Source: Desulfosoma sp.
GTDB taxonomy: Bacteria; Desulfobacterota; Syntrophobacteria; Syntrophobacterales; DSM-9756
Assembly: GCA_037481835.1 (NCBI GenBank)
Contig: JBBFKW010000008.1
Coordinates: 32,001 to 96,000 of the forward strand
Direction of reading: 5' to 3'
Length of the DNA: 64,000 bases
This document shows positions 20,644 through 31,209 of this stretch, in pieces. Below the pieces are notes generated by a model. That model searched no databases. It was not told where the DNA came from and was given only the letters and a program-made list of their open reading frames with translations. Both the position numbers and the translations under genes were made by a program. Numbering within the stretch: the stretch's first letter is position 1; each line of letters opens with the position of its first letter.

Positions 20644-23600
20644 TCACAGCGACAGGATGTCGGCCAAGCGTTTCTTTTCCGCGGCGGCGCCATCCCATGC
20701 CGGGAAGGCCCCCCCGAAGAACAGCGCAGCCCACTCCTGGTAGACGGCTTCAAGGGTTTGCGGGAACGGAGCGCCGTCTGCGGCCATGAGGCGGCAGAGC
20801 ACGTCCCAATCGGGAAGGCTTTCGCCCTGCTGCGCCAACCCTTTTGCCAACGAGAGCAAGCGGCCTTCCTGATTGACGATGATCCCCGTCTGTTCCCCGA
20901 AAGCGGCCGTAGGGAGCACCACGTGAGCCCATGAAGCCGCGGGGCCGAGAACGTTTTCCTGGAGCACGAGAAATTCAAGCCGGCCGAGCGATTCCAGGGC
21001 TTCCCTGGAGGCTTCTTCCACCAGGGCGCTATCCTGGAGGTACAGGGCGCGGATCCTCCCTGCAGAAACGGCTTCCATGACCCCGGTTTCCGGGGGAGCG
21101 GGAAGTTCTGCCCCGTCCCACAATTCCCGGATCCTGGCAAGTCCTTGGGCGTCGTCGAAAGACGTCCATCCCGGAAGGCGAGTCGGGCTCATCCCCACCA
21201 GGCACGCACCCACGGCGTTGGCATAGGGAGCCGCGAAAAAGAGCCCCGCGCCGTCCTTCTTGGCCGCGGCTTTCATGACGGAAACGAGAGCCCGGGCCGC
21301 CTGCATCGTTCGGTGGAGCGCCGGATCGGCCAGGTGTTCAAGAGGGGCCAGATCCAAGACGACGGCTGCGCTCCCCACGGCGGCGATGCCGTTGGCGAGG
21401 CTTTCCAAAACGTTCTTTTCGGCGGGCTCCAGGCAAACCCCTTTCAAGCTTTGCACCGCCTCGACCCCGAAGACCTTTTTGAGCGCCTCCAGCCCCTTGT
21501 CTCCGAACTTTTCCGCGCACTGCAAGGCCAGGCACGCCAAGAGATCCGGCCATTTCGCGCTGTCCGCAACGCTCGACAGTGCAGGGGCTCCTCGAAGACT
21601 TTCGGGCACTCGGCCCAAAACCCACAAGGGCACCCGAGCCTGATGCACCGCCCGGCGGATGGATGTGACCGTCACGGGGTTGGTGTCTTCGATCCGGTCT
21701 CCGACGAGGAGGATGGCCGGGGCCTGGGCGAGATCGGCCATGGGGGGCGCCAAGGATCGTCCCCCGTCGGCAAGGAGCCCGTAAAGCAGCGCCCCTTCGG
21801 CACTCCTTCGCCCCAGGGTATCCACGTACGGGGTTCGAAACCGCGTCCGCATCCATCGCTGCAGCAGATAGAGCCCCTCGCAGCTGAACCGCGGGGATCC
21901 CAAGGCGCCCACCGCTTCCGGTCCGTGTTTTTCCGCCGCCGCCTTCAGTCCCTGCAGGGCCGTTTCCAGGGCCTTCCCCCAGGACGCCTCGCGCAGCTCT
22001 CCGTTTTCGCGCACCAGGGGTTTGGTCGCGCGTTTTCCGCGCCAATGGTCGTCGTAAGCGCGGAATCGCCCTCTTCGGCAGGTGGATGCCCGGTTCGGGG
22101 CCGTGTCTCGGCCGTCGGCGATCCACACCAGGCGCTCGCCTTTGACCTTGAGGTCCACTTCGCAGCCGTAGCCGCACTGGATGCAGTGCGTCGGCACGGA
22201 CGCCCAATCCAGCCGTTCTACCGGGCGCCCCTGGCGGCGTTCCATGAGCGCCCCGGTGGGGCACAGGTCCACACACAACCCGCAGGAGACGCATCGGTCG
22301 TTGAATTTGGGCCAATCCTTGAAATCAATGGCGTTGCTGCACTGGAAGGTGCGGCACGCCACGTAGCAGCGTTCGCAGCGGATGCACTTGTTGGGGTCTA
22401 GGGCGATGACGGGATGGGTGTCGATGGCCGCCACGCGCTGGAAATGGATTTTCTTGCTGGGCTGTTCCCGCCAATCCACCTGGAACTCGTTCATGAGTTC
22501 CCGCAGGCGGCAATCGAAGGCGGCGCTACAGCCGCACACCAAACATCGCTCCGCCTCCCTCTTGGCCTGGGCTTCGTCCAAGCCCAGTTCCACTTCCATA
22601 AAGCTTTGCACACGCCGGGACACTTCCACTTCCGGCATGCGTTCCCGCGGGATGACTTTGTAGACCCCGAAAGGTTCCTTGTCGATCTCCTGCAGATCGC
22701 CTTTGCTGATGTTGAAATGCAAGGGTTCGGGTTCCACCTTGCCCGCCTGGAAAAATCGATTCAGGGAATAGGCGGCCTTGCGGCCGTCCGCCAGAGCGGC
22801 CACAACGGTCATGGGACCCCGGAACAAGTCGCCGCCCACGAAGATCATTTCCGCCCCCGTGTGCATGCTGCGCGGATCCCCGCCGATGGTGCTCCATCGG
22901 GTGATGGGGATCTTTTCCATGCCGGGGTCTTGGTCCGGGGTGAGCACCACCGGGTACTGGCCGATGGCACTGATGACCTGGTCCACGTCCAGAAGGGTTT
23001 CGGAGCCTTCCACGGGCACCGGGCGTCGGCGGCCGCTGGCATCCGGCTCCCCCAGTTCCATGCGGATGAATTCCAACTGCCGGACCCGGCCGTTGTCCCC
23101 GAGAACCCGCGTAGGCGCTGCAAGCAGGTGGATTTCCACGCCTTCGGCTTCCGCCGCTTCGATTTCCTCGTGGCTTGCGGGCATTTCCTTTCGAGACCGT
23201 CGATAAAGGATGGTCACCTTTTCGGCTCCGAGCCGAAGCGCCGACCGGGCGGCGTCGATGGCCACGTTGCCGCCGCCGATGACACACACGCGGCGGCCCA
23301 CCTTGACGGGTTTTCCGGCCCCGATGTTTTCCAAAAAATCCACGCCGCTTTCCACGCCCTCCAGGTCTTCGCCCACGATGCCCAACTTCCGGCTGGCCCA
23401 AGCGCCGATGGCCAGGAAAATGGCCCCGAAGCCTTCCTTCTTGAGATCATCCAGGGTGAAATCGCGGCCCCAGGCAACGCCGGTGCGCACGCGAACGCCC
23501 AGGCTGAGAATGCCGTCGATTTCCCAGTCGAGAATCTTCTTGGGCAGGCGGTATTCGGGAATGCCGTAGCGGAGCATCCCGCCCAGTTTTTCGCGGGCTT

Positions 23601-24270
23601 CGAAGATGGTCACCCCGTGCCCAAGGGCTCTCAGATAATAGGCGGCGCTCAGCCCCGCCGGGCCGCCCCCCACAACGGCCACGTGAAAGCCCGTATCCGG
23701 CGCCACCTTGGGAAGGATCCGCACGCCGGATTTCATTTCGAAATCGGCCACGAAGCGCTTGCAATGGTTGATGTTGACGGGCTCGTCCACCAGGTGTCGG
23801 CGGCACGCCCCTTCGCAGGGATGGGGGCACACGCGGCCGATGGTGGCGGGCATGGGGATCTTTTCCTTAATGAGGCGCACGGCTTCCAGGTATTCACCGT
23901 GGCGGATGAGCGCCAGGTAGCCTTGGATGTCCACGTTGGCCGGACAGGTCACCGAACAGGGAGCGACGCAGTCGCCGTAGTGGGTGTCCAAGAGCAACTC
24001 CAGGAGGAGCTTTCGGGTTTGGGAAAGGTCCGGGCCGGAGGTGCGGATGACCATCCCGTCGGAGACGGGCGTGCTGCAAGCCGCCTTGAACTGCTTTTCC
24101 CCTTCCACGGCCACGACGCATAACCGGCAGTTCTCCAAAGGGCGCAGCAGGTGCGTATAACACAGGGTCGGGATGTGGATCCCCTCGCGTTTGGCCACAT
24201 CCAAAATGGTGCTTCCTTCCGGCGCCTGCACCGTCCGTCCATCCATTGTGACCGTCACCGTTTTCGACAT
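20644..24270 (-). CDS. Multidomain Fe-S flavoprotein: 2Fe-2S, GltD/NfnB-like NAD(P)H-FAD module, ferredoxin, NuoG/molybdopterin-fold domain
   Basis: IPTLC..ENCRLC..AAC; CVAPCSVTCP..GRVCPHPCE; GGGPAG, GGGNVAID; CIRCERC; CIQCGYGC..C; VVLPTAAFGEQTG. Confidence 0.85.
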   Translation of the reverse strand: MSKTVTVTMDGRTVQAPEGSTILDVAKREGIHIPTLCYTHLLRPLENCRLCVVAVEGEKQFKAACSTPVSDGMVIRTSGPDLSQTRKLLLELLLDTHYGDCVAPCSVTCPANVDIQGYLALIRHGEYLEAVRLIKEKIPMPATIGRVCPHPCEGACRRHLVDEPVNINHCKRFVADFEMKSGVRILPKVAPDTGFHVAVVGGGPAGLSAAYYLRALGHGVTIFEAREKLGGMLRYGIPEYRLPKKILDWEIDGILSLGVRVRTGVAWGRDFTLDDLKKEGFGAIFLAIGAWASRKLGIVGEDLEGVESGVDFLENIGAGKPVKVGRRVCVIGGGNVAIDAARSALRLGAEKVTILYRRSRKEMPASHEEIEAAEAEGVEIHLLAAPTRVLGDNGRVRQLEFIRMELGEPDASGRRRPVPVEGSETLLDVDQVISAIGQYPVVLTPDQDPGMEKIPITRWSTIGGDPRSMHTGAEMIFVGGDLFRGPMTVVAALADGRKAAYSLNRFFQAGKVEPEPLHFNISKGDLQEIDKEPFGVYKVIPRERMPEVEVSRRVQSFMEVELGLDEAQAKREAERCLVCGCSAAFDCRLRELMNEFQVDWREQPSKKIHFQRVAAIDTHPVIALDPNKCIRCERCYVACRTFQCSNAIDFKDWPKFNDRCVSCGLCVDLCPTGALMERRQGRPVERLDWASVPTHCIQCGYGCEVDLKVKGERLVWIADGRDTAPNRASTCRRGRFRAYDDHWRGKRATKPLVRENGELREASWGKALETALQGLKAAAEKHGPEAVGALGSPRFSCEGLYLLQRWMRTRFRTPYVDTLGRRSAEGALLYGLLADGGRSLAPPMADLAQAPAILLVGDRIEDTNPVTVTSIRRAVHQARVPLWVLGRVPESLRGAPALSSVADSAKWPDLLACLALQCAEKFGDKGLEALKKVFGVEAVQSLKGVCLEPAEKNVLESLANGIAAVGSAAVVLDLAPLEHLADPALHRTMQAARALVSVMKAAAKKDGAGLFFAAPYANAVGACLVGMSPTRLPGWTSFDDAQGLARIRELWDGAELPAPPETGVMEAVSAGRIRALYLQDSALVEEASREALESLGRLEFLVLQENVLGPAASWAHVVLPTAAFGEQTGIIVNQEGRLLSLAKGLAQQGESLPDWDVLCRLMAADGAPFPQTLEAVYQEWAALFFGGAFPAWDGAAAEKKRLADILSL

Positions 24271-24635
24271 AAGAGCCCTCCGCAGCACTTTTGGAGAATC
24301 GTTGGAAACCCGCGGGTAGCGCCCCGGGCTGTCTTCCGCTGTCCTTTGGGGCCGACGCATCCACCCCAGGAGTGCACCCCTTGGGAGTGAAATTCCGGCA
24401 ACCCGGTAAACCTTTAAACCTTAAGCCGAGGTGATCCAAAGGAACCCCAACCCACCAGCGCCCCGGCTTCTTCGTTCAGTCCGTATGAGCGGCATCGGTT
24501 CCGAGATCGCCGGGCCATGTTTGAAGTCCACGGGAAGCGAAAACACCACGGGAGTTTCATGGGAAAGAGAGCGGTCACGTGCGCGGGACAAGGAGCGGGC
24601 CGGATTCCGGAAAAGCCGAAGCCGTCCGTGGGTCG

Positions 24636-25034
24636 TCATTGTTCCCGTTTGAGGAGCAGTTCGATGTTGTGGCGCAGCGCCTGGGGATCGACGGGCTTTT
24701 CCATGAAAATGTCGGCGGCGATCCAATCCAGGTCGTCTTCCACCGTCCGTGTGTAGCCTTTTTCCGATTCGGGCTGGGCCGAGACGATAATGATGGGGAG
24801 TTTCCTCAAAGACTCGTTTTGCCGCAGCTTGACGGCGAAACGCAGCCCTTCGTCCACCGTGGCCATCATGATGTCCAAGACCAGCAGATCGGGGCGCTCT
24901 TCTTCGATGAGCCGAAGGCCGTCCTGGGTGTTGCTCGCCGTCAGAACATCGTAGCCGAACCGCCGAAGAATGGCCCCCGTGATCTCCAAGAAACTGGGGT
25001 CGTCATCGATAATCACAATTCGTTTCCCGCTCAT
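24636..25034 (-). CDS. Single-domain response regulator (receiver)
   Basis: IIDDD, PDLLVLDIMM, LPIIIVSA, EKP. Confidence 0.9.
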   Translation of the reverse strand: MSGKRIVIIDDDPSFLEITGAILRRFGYDVLTASNTQDGLRLIEEERPDLLVLDIMMATVDEGLRFAVKLRQNESLRKLPIIIVSAQPESEKGYTRTVEDDLDWIAADIFMEKPVDPQALRHNIELLLKREQ

Positions 25035-27125
25035 TCATTCTCCCTCCCCTTCCGACAGCGACTCAGCCTGTGCTTCTCGCCCCGGCGGCACTTCCAAAAC
25101 GAAAGTGACCCCTTGTCCTGGGGCGCTTTCCACCCAAATGCGGCCTCCGTGCCGCTCCACCACGGTCTTGGTGATGAAGAGCCCGAGGCCGGTGCCCCGC
25201 GTCGCGGAACGCCGCGCGGACGGCAATCGCTGAAACTTTCTAAAAAGACGCTTCTGCTCCTCTTCCGAAAGCCCTGGCCCCGAATTCCACACTTCGCACC
25301 GAAGCTGGCCCGCCCGTGTCGGGCGCGCCGTAATGAGGATCCTTCCGTGAGGCTCGCCGTATTTGACGGCGTTTCCCAAGAGGTTGGTGAAAACGCCCCG
25401 AAACAGTTCGGGGTCCAGGACCCACGTCAAATCTTCCGGGACATCCTTTTCCACGTGCATCCCCTTTTCCCGCAAAGCGGGTTCCAAACCCGAGAGCACG
25501 GGATTCAGCACCTCCCCATCCAGCCGCGCCGGCCGAGGCCGGACGGGAAACTCATCTTTTTCGATTCGGGACAGGTCCAGATAGTGGCGGATCATCTCCA
25601 TGGATTGATCCAAATTGTTGCAGATGGCCTCGACCATCCTTCTCTGCTCATCGGTCAGAGGCCCGAAGATTTCCTGCCGCAGGGCGTTGGCGCTCATGTA
25701 CCCGTTGGCGATGGGCGATTTGAGCTCGTGGGTGACGAAGCTCAGCATTTCCAGGTAATACCGGTTGAGGCGTTCCAATTCGCGATTGGCCGCGTTGAGA
25801 TGGTCGTTGGTCCGGACCAGAGCGTCCATGTGGGCCTTGAGTTCGCTGAGATCGTGGAAAAAGCCGACGACGGAATAGGCCTCGCCGTCTTCCGGAAGCA
25901 TGGTCGCCGAAAGACGGATGGGTAAAAGCCTCCCGTCCTTGGTCCGCACCGTGGTGTTGTAGTCGACGAGGACCCCTGTGCCGCCGTAGTCCTCGCTCAT
26001 GAGGGCCTTCTTGATGGCGGAGGCTTCTCCTTCGGGGTAGAAGTCCCGCACATTGAGCCTGTAGAGCGCTTCGGCCACCGTGTAGCCGAGCAGCCGCTGG
26101 GCTCCCGAATTGAAAAGGATCACGCGCCCCTTGGCGTCGTTGGCCACAATGCCGTCGGGGCACGCCTCCAGCAATCTTTCTTCAAACTCGTAGCGCTTTT
26201 TCAGCCGCTCCTGGTACGAGCGGATTTCGCTCGCCATGAAATGGAAGCTGTACAGGAGCCGAATGAGCTCGTTTTCGCCGACTTCTTTGGGCACGCGACA
26301 CAAGGCGCAGGCCCGGTGAGGGTCTTCCCGGCCTTCGGAGGGGGCGGCGCGCCAGGGGAAGAGCCGCTCGCGGCTGGAATCCAACAGATACGGGCACATG
26401 CCCGGCGCCGGATCCTCGCGACTCCACGTGCTCGCCACGAGCCCTTCGCGGCACAAAGGCGCGACGTCCACGCTTTTCAAGACGTCCTGCATGCGCCCTT
26501 GAGCCACCAGGTGGGTCATTTCCAGGAGCCGCTGCACCGGCTGGGTGATCCTCGCGGTGAACCATCGGCTGATAAAGTACCCGACGGTGAGGATGAGCGC
26601 CGTGATGAGCAAAAGGGTTTGCAGCAGCCGTTCCCGCAGAGGCTTCATGAGGGGAAGTCGGATGCCGGTGCGGATGACCAGCACAGCCCCCGTATCCGGC
26701 CGAGCCGCCGTGAGAATCAGCTCGTAGGAGGGGTCCCGCAGTCCTCCCGAGCGGCGAAGCACGAACCCTTCCTGCCGCCTTTGCTCCACCCATCGGGTGA
26801 CGGCCTCGTCGAAGTCTTCCCCCGTCGCAAAGAGCACGGCGCCGTGGGCGTCTTCCAAGCGCAGAGAACGAAAGCCGGGATAAAAGGAGAGCTTTTCCTG
26901 AAGGCGGCCCCCCAAATCCTGCATCTTCGTGCGCGGCGGGGCGGCCTCGACCCATCCCAAAAGCCGTTCGCCCAGCTCCTGCAGCTGATCCTCCACCTGA
27001 TCTTCCATCGCCGGCAGGATGGACATTCGAATCCCGAGCCAGGCCGCGGCAGCCACGGAAAAGATCATGGTCAGCGAAACCACACTGATGGTCGTCTTGA
27101 ACTTTAGCCGCTCCAGAAACTCCAT
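25035..27125 (-). CDS. Membrane sensor histidine kinase (2 TM, interrupted HAMP, PAS, HisKA, HATPase)
   Basis: FVTHELKSPI, NLLGNAVKY, GTGLGL; PAS CPDGIVAND..FNSGAQRLLGY. Confidence 0.9.
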   Translation of the reverse strand: MEFLERLKFKTTISVVSLTMIFSVAAAAWLGIRMSILPAMEDQVEDQLQELGERLLGWVEAAPPRTKMQDLGGRLQEKLSFYPGFRSLRLEDAHGAVLFATGEDFDEAVTRWVEQRRQEGFVLRRSGGLRDPSYELILTAARPDTGAVLVIRTGIRLPLMKPLRERLLQTLLLITALILTVGYFISRWFTARITQPVQRLLEMTHLVAQGRMQDVLKSVDVAPLCREGLVASTWSREDPAPGMCPYLLDSSRERLFPWRAAPSEGREDPHRACALCRVPKEVGENELIRLLYSFHFMASEIRSYQERLKKRYEFEERLLEACPDGIVANDAKGRVILFNSGAQRLLGYTVAEALYRLNVRDFYPEGEASAIKKALMSEDYGGTGVLVDYNTTVRTKDGRLLPIRLSATMLPEDGEAYSVVGFFHDLSELKAHMDALVRTNDHLNAANRELERLNRYYLEMLSFVTHELKSPIANGYMSANALRQEIFGPLTDEQRRMVEAICNNLDQSMEMIRHYLDLSRIEKDEFPVRPRPARLDGEVLNPVLSGLEPALREKGMHVEKDVPEDLTWVLDPELFRGVFTNLLGNAVKYGEPHGRILITARPTRAGQLRCEVWNSGPGLSEEEQKRLFRKFQRLPSARRSATRGTGLGLFITKTVVERHGGRIWVESAPGQGVTFVLEVPPGREAQAESLSEGEGE

Positions 27126-27238
27126 GAGCACCCGTTCCGCAGAGGGTTCGCGTCGCGCTTCGGCCTCTCGTGCACTGGAGGACGGATCAGTGCGTTCAAC
27201 GTATCACAAACCACGGCCCCTGTCACACCCGTTTTGCA

Positions 27239-28519
27239 CTAAGGGCGCAGGATGGACGGGACCCAGAGGGTCAGAGGCGGCCATAGGGAGATGAAGGCGA
27301 GGTCCACAAGGAGCGCCACGAGAAAGGGCAGAATGCGCGCCACCACGGTTTCCAGCCGACATTGGGCGATGGTGCAGGAGACCACGAGACAGATGCCCAA
27401 CGGAGGGGTGAGCATGCCGATGGCCAGGTTCACCACGACGATGGCCCCCAACTGGGTGAGATCGATCCCCAGAGCCGGAACCAAAGGGAGAATGACGGGA
27501 ACAAGAAGAATGAGCGAGGCCGTGGTTTCCACGAAGGTTCCGGCGATGAGCAGGAGGAGGTTGATGAGCATGAGAAGGGCGATCGGGTGGGTCGTCACGG
27601 ACAAGAGCCCTTGAGCCAATCTACCCGGGATGTCCTCGATGGCCATGAACCAGCTGAAGATGGACGCCGTGGCGATGATAAACAGGATCAGGCTGCTGGT
27701 GAGGGCCGAGCGGATGAAAAGGTCGGGAAGGTCCTTCCAGCGCAGTTCGCGATGGACCCACAAGCCGACGAAAAGGGCGTAGAAGGTCGCCGCGGCCGCC
27801 GATTCCGTAGCGGTAAACACGCCGCTGAGGATCCCGCCCAGGATGACGACGGGAGCCCCCGCGGCCCACTTGGCATCCCACAGGGATCGGACGAAACGGC
27901 TCCAGGAAAAACGAACGATCGTGCTGTAACGATGTTTCCGGGAAAGCCATGTGGAGACGGCGATGAGACTCACGCCCATGAGCACGCCCGGGAGAATCCC
28001 GGCGGCGAAGAGCTTCCCGATGGATGCTCCCGTGAGAAAGCCGAAGATAATCATCGGGATGCTCGGCGGGATGACAACGCCTATGGATCCTCCGGCGGCC
28101 TGGACCGCCGCGGCGAACCCCTTGTCGTAGCCGCGGCGGATCATGGACGGGATGAGGATCGTTCCCACCGCCGCCGTGTCCGCGGCGGCCGACCCCGAAA
28201 TGCCCGCAAAAAACATGGCCGAAACCACGGCGACGGCCGCAAGCCCTCCGGGAAGCCAGCCCACGAGGGATTCGGCGAGCTGGACCACGCGGCGCGAGAT
28301 GCCCCCGGCTTCCATGAGGGATCCGGCGCACATGAAAAGCGGCACGGCCATGAGCGGGAAGGAATCCACGCCGGCGTAAAGGCGCTGGATGACCATCATG
28401 AGAGGCAAGTCTCCATGGAGCCACAGTGCCGCCAGGGAGGCCATGCCGATGGCCAAGGCGATGGGCGTGTTGGCCATGAACAAAACCATGAGGGTGACGA
28501 AAAGAATCAACGGCAGCAT
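27239..28519 (-). CDS. dctM: TRAP transporter large permease
   Basis: SFPLMAVPLF, FAGISGSAAAD, IPPSIPMI, GVFTATES, GMLTPPLG. Confidence 0.9.
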   Translation of the reverse strand: MLPLILFVTLMVLFMANTPIALAIGMASLAALWLHGDLPLMMVIQRLYAGVDSFPLMAVPLFMCAGSLMEAGGISRRVVQLAESLVGWLPGGLAAVAVVSAMFFAGISGSAAADTAAVGTILIPSMIRRGYDKGFAAAVQAAGGSIGVVIPPSIPMIIFGFLTGASIGKLFAAGILPGVLMGVSLIAVSTWLSRKHRYSTIVRFSWSRFVRSLWDAKWAAGAPVVILGGILSGVFTATESAAAATFYALFVGLWVHRELRWKDLPDLFIRSALTSSLILFIIATASIFSWFMAIEDIPGRLAQGLLSVTTHPIALLMLINLLLLIAGTFVETTASLILLVPVILPLVPALGIDLTQLGAIVVVNLAIGMLTPPLGICLVVSCTIAQCRLETVVARILPFLVALLVDLAFISLWPPLTLWVPSILRP

Positions 28520-28805
28520 CCCATCGCTCCAACGCCCAAGCCGCACCCCTCAGGCGCGGTCCTTCGCCCTTTTCCTTCGCCATGCTTGTCGCTGTGCGCT
28601 TCGCCTTTCCCTTCGCCGAATTGCAACATTAAAACCTCGCCCGCGGTTGGCCCGGCAGCCCGCCGCGCCATGCCCAGACACTCCTCGGCCATGAAAGAGC
28701 GCCCCACGCCGCATGGTCGCAGGCTCCCCGGTCCACGACTCACGCGACCGCCGGAGCCCTGCATCCTGCCCCTTGCCGTTTTCGGCCGTTCTTTTTCCTC
28801 CTCCG

Positions 28806-29297
28806 CTACCGCGGCGGCCCGGAATCCTTCGGCTTTCCGCTTTCGAGGGCAAGGCTTAAGGCATGGATGAGAAAAACAACCCCACTTAAAGGGATCACCG
28901 CATAAGGCAGGCCCATGGGAAGGCCCAGGGCCGCCGTCTTTTGGTGGGCGATAAAGCGGATGAACCGTACGCCGTATGCCATGAGGACCAGGAAAAAGAC
29001 GCTGGAAAGCCCCAACAGCACACGTTCCAGTGCCAGCCGCGCCGCCGGGGCCAATCGGCGAACGGCGACGTCGATGCCCACGTGGGCCCTTCTCCGATAG
29101 GCCGCCGTGGCTCCCAGGAAAGTGATCCACACAAGGAGGATCCGGCCCACTTCTTCGGACCAAAAAAGGGAGTGGTTCAGAGCGTAACGGAAAAACACCT
29201 GAAGGCCCGTGACCATGGCCATGGCCATGGCCAAAACCCCGACGGTGATTTCAATCCCGCGATTGATGCCGCGACTCAGCGCATGCACCCACTCCAT
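28806..29297 (-). CDS. dctQ: TRAP transporter small permease
   Basis: QVFFRY, WSEEVGR..VWITFLGA, HVGID; 4 TM. Confidence 0.9.
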   Translation of the reverse strand: MEWVHALSRGINRGIEITVGVLAMAMAMVTGLQVFFRYALNHSLFWSEEVGRILLVWITFLGATAAYRRRAHVGIDVAVRRLAPAARLALERVLLGLSSVFFLVLMAYGVRFIRFIAHQKTAALGLPMGLPYAVIPLSGVVFLIHALSLALESGKPKDSGPPR

Positions 29298-29312
29298 GGG
29301 ACCTCCCCGCCG

Positions 29313-30311
29313 TCATTGGCCCCGAATTTTGGCCACGGCGTCCAGGAACAGCGCAAGCATGTCCTGGACCTTGGGGTCCTTATAGATCTCCAGATCCTTC
29401 AGTACGGCCGCCTTGGCCCGAAAAGAAGCCAGGTCCGGCGCTTCGTCCACGATCATGCCCGCCGCCTTCACCTTGGCCAGGAAGTCCGCTTCGTTGTCCC
29501 GATTCCATTTCCTCTGGTAAGCCGCCGCCTCCTTCATGGCTTGGACGATCATCTCCTGGTCCTTGGCGGGAAGGCTGTTGAACCAGTCCAGGCTGGCCAC
29601 GTCGATATGCGCCGAATACACATGCCCGGTCAAGGACATGTACTTTTGGACTTCGAAGAGCTTGTAATTCCAGATGACCCACAGGGGGTTTTCCTGAGCG
29701 TCGATGGTTCCCTGCTGCAGTTCGGTGTAAATGGGCCAGCCCATGGGCGTCGGGTTCGCCCCCAGCACGCGCCACAATTCCTTGTGCAGGATGGATTCCA
29801 TGACGCGGATCTTCAACCCCTTGACGTCGTCCACCGTGTGGACGGGCCGCACGTTGTTGGTCAGATGCCGGAAGCCGTTTTCCGAATAGGCCAGCCCTTT
29901 GAAGCGGGCCCTTTCCAGGGCCTTGAGGAGCGCCTGCCCGGCGGGGCCGTCCAGAATCTGGTCGGCTTCCCTATTGTTGGCGAAAAGGAAGGGGTAGTCG
30001 ATGACGCGGGCTTCGGGGACGAAAACGTCGAACGGTCCCGACGTGATGACCCCCATCTGCACGGAGTTCATTTGGATCTGCTGGAGGATTTCCGTTTCGG
30101 TGCCCAGGGAGGCGCTGTGGAAGATCTTGACCTCGTAGTCCGATCGGGATTCCACCAGCTCCTTAAACTTTTCCGCACACACGTTCTGCGCCGACCCCGG
30201 CTTGGTGACGACCCCCAGTTTGATCACCCCGCCCGCATGGGCGTCCGCGCCCCACGCCAGGAAAAGGCTGACCGTCAACACCGCCAAAAGCCGTGCCCCG
30301 TGCTTCTTCAT
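29313..30311 (-). CDS. dctP: TRAP substrate-binding protein
   Basis: Signal peptide, ENGFRHLTN, DVKGLKIRV, LQQGTIDAQENP. Confidence 0.9.
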   Translation of the reverse strand: MKKHGARLLAVLTVSLFLAWGADAHAGGVIKLGVVTKPGSAQNVCAEKFKELVESRSDYEVKIFHSASLGTETEILQQIQMNSVQMGVITSGPFDVFVPEARVIDYPFLFANNREADQILDGPAGQALLKALERARFKGLAYSENGFRHLTNNVRPVHTVDDVKGLKIRVMESILHKELWRVLGANPTPMGWPIYTELQQGTIDAQENPLWVIWNYKLFEVQKYMSLTGHVYSAHIDVASLDWFNSLPAKDQEMIVQAMKEAAAYQRKWNRDNEADFLAKVKAAGMIVDEAPDLASFRAKAAVLKDLEIYKDPKVQDMLALFLDAVAKIRGQ

Positions 30312-31171
30312 GGCATCCTCCTTTCCTCGGTCTTGTCCTCCAGGCACCCATGCTGCGTGAGGTACTCCTTGGATGCCGCCACCACCTCATCCGGCGACCG
30401 TTCGCTGGACGGCACCGAAATGATCACGTGTCCTTCATAACCCCGTTCCTTGAGGCACCGGACGAAAGACAGGATGTCGAAAACCCCCTCCCCGAGCTGC
30501 GTATGGCGATGGGTTTCTCCTGCGGCAAGATCGGTGAGACGCACGAAGGCGATGTGGCTTTGAAGGCGGTCGAAAGCTTCACACGGGTCTTCCCCTTGGA
30601 GGACCCCGTAGGTGGGATCAAAGTCCACGGCCAGAGCCTCCGGTTCTTCCACTTCCTTGATGAATTCCAAAACCTGGGCGCTGGTGTGGATGAGCTGGTC
30701 CGGCTCGGGGCGAAAACACAGTTTCACGCCGAGCTTCTTGGCGATGGGGGTCACCCGGTGCATGTTGGCCACAAAGAGCCGCCACGCCTCCCGCTCGTTC
30801 ATGGACTCCGGGATGGGACCGCCGCCGTTGGTGGAGACCGTCGGGATGCCCAAAGCGGCCGCCAATCGCAGACAATCCAGCGTGTAGCGGATGCGCAATT
30901 CGCGCTCTTTCCAATCTTCCGCAAGCCAGTTGGGATGAGCCCCGTCGCCCAGAGCGCTCGCGTGCCAGCCGTTGAGGTTGACGACCTTGAGGTTTCGTTG
31001 TGCCAGGCACTGGCAGAGTTCGTCGATCGCCCCGGCTCGGAAATCTTCTGGAAAGAGATGGGGACGATCGGCCAGGAGTTCCACGCATCGGAAGCCTCCC
31101 TTGGCCACGGCGTCAAGAGCTTCCTTGAGGCTTTTGCGTCGAAAGGGCAGCGTGCTGTAGGCCCACTTCAT
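30308..31171 (-). CDS. Sugar phosphate isomerase/epimerase (xylose isomerase-like TIM barrel)
   Basis: GFRCVELLADRPH, PEP, DFD, HRHTQLGEG, GYEG; ATGA overlap with dctP. Confidence 0.75.
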   Translation of the reverse strand: MKWAYSTLPFRRKSLKEALDAVAKGGFRCVELLADRPHLFPEDFRAGAIDELCQCLAQRNLKVVNLNGWHASALGDGAHPNWLAEDWKERELRIRYTLDCLRLAAALGIPTVSTNGGGPIPESMNEREAWRLFVANMHRVTPIAKKLGVKLCFRPEPDQLIHTSAQVLEFIKEVEEPEALAVDFDPTYGVLQGEDPCEAFDRLQSHIAFVRLTDLAAGETHRHTQLGEGVFDILSFVRCLKERGYEGHVIISVPSSERSPDEVVAASKEYLTQHGCLEDKTEERRMP

Positions 31172-31209
31172 GATGTCTCTCCGTTCTCGGTTTGGAAGAA
31201 ACGCGCCCG

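Noticed and set aside
20644..24270. Formate dehydrogenase alpha or glutamate synthase call
   Set aside because: No Cys/Sec-His active-site motif and no gltB neighbour
24271..24635. Moco/tungsten riboswitch upstream of the oxidoreductase
   Set aside because: Some hairpins are present, but I could not match a known consensus; it needs a covariance-model search
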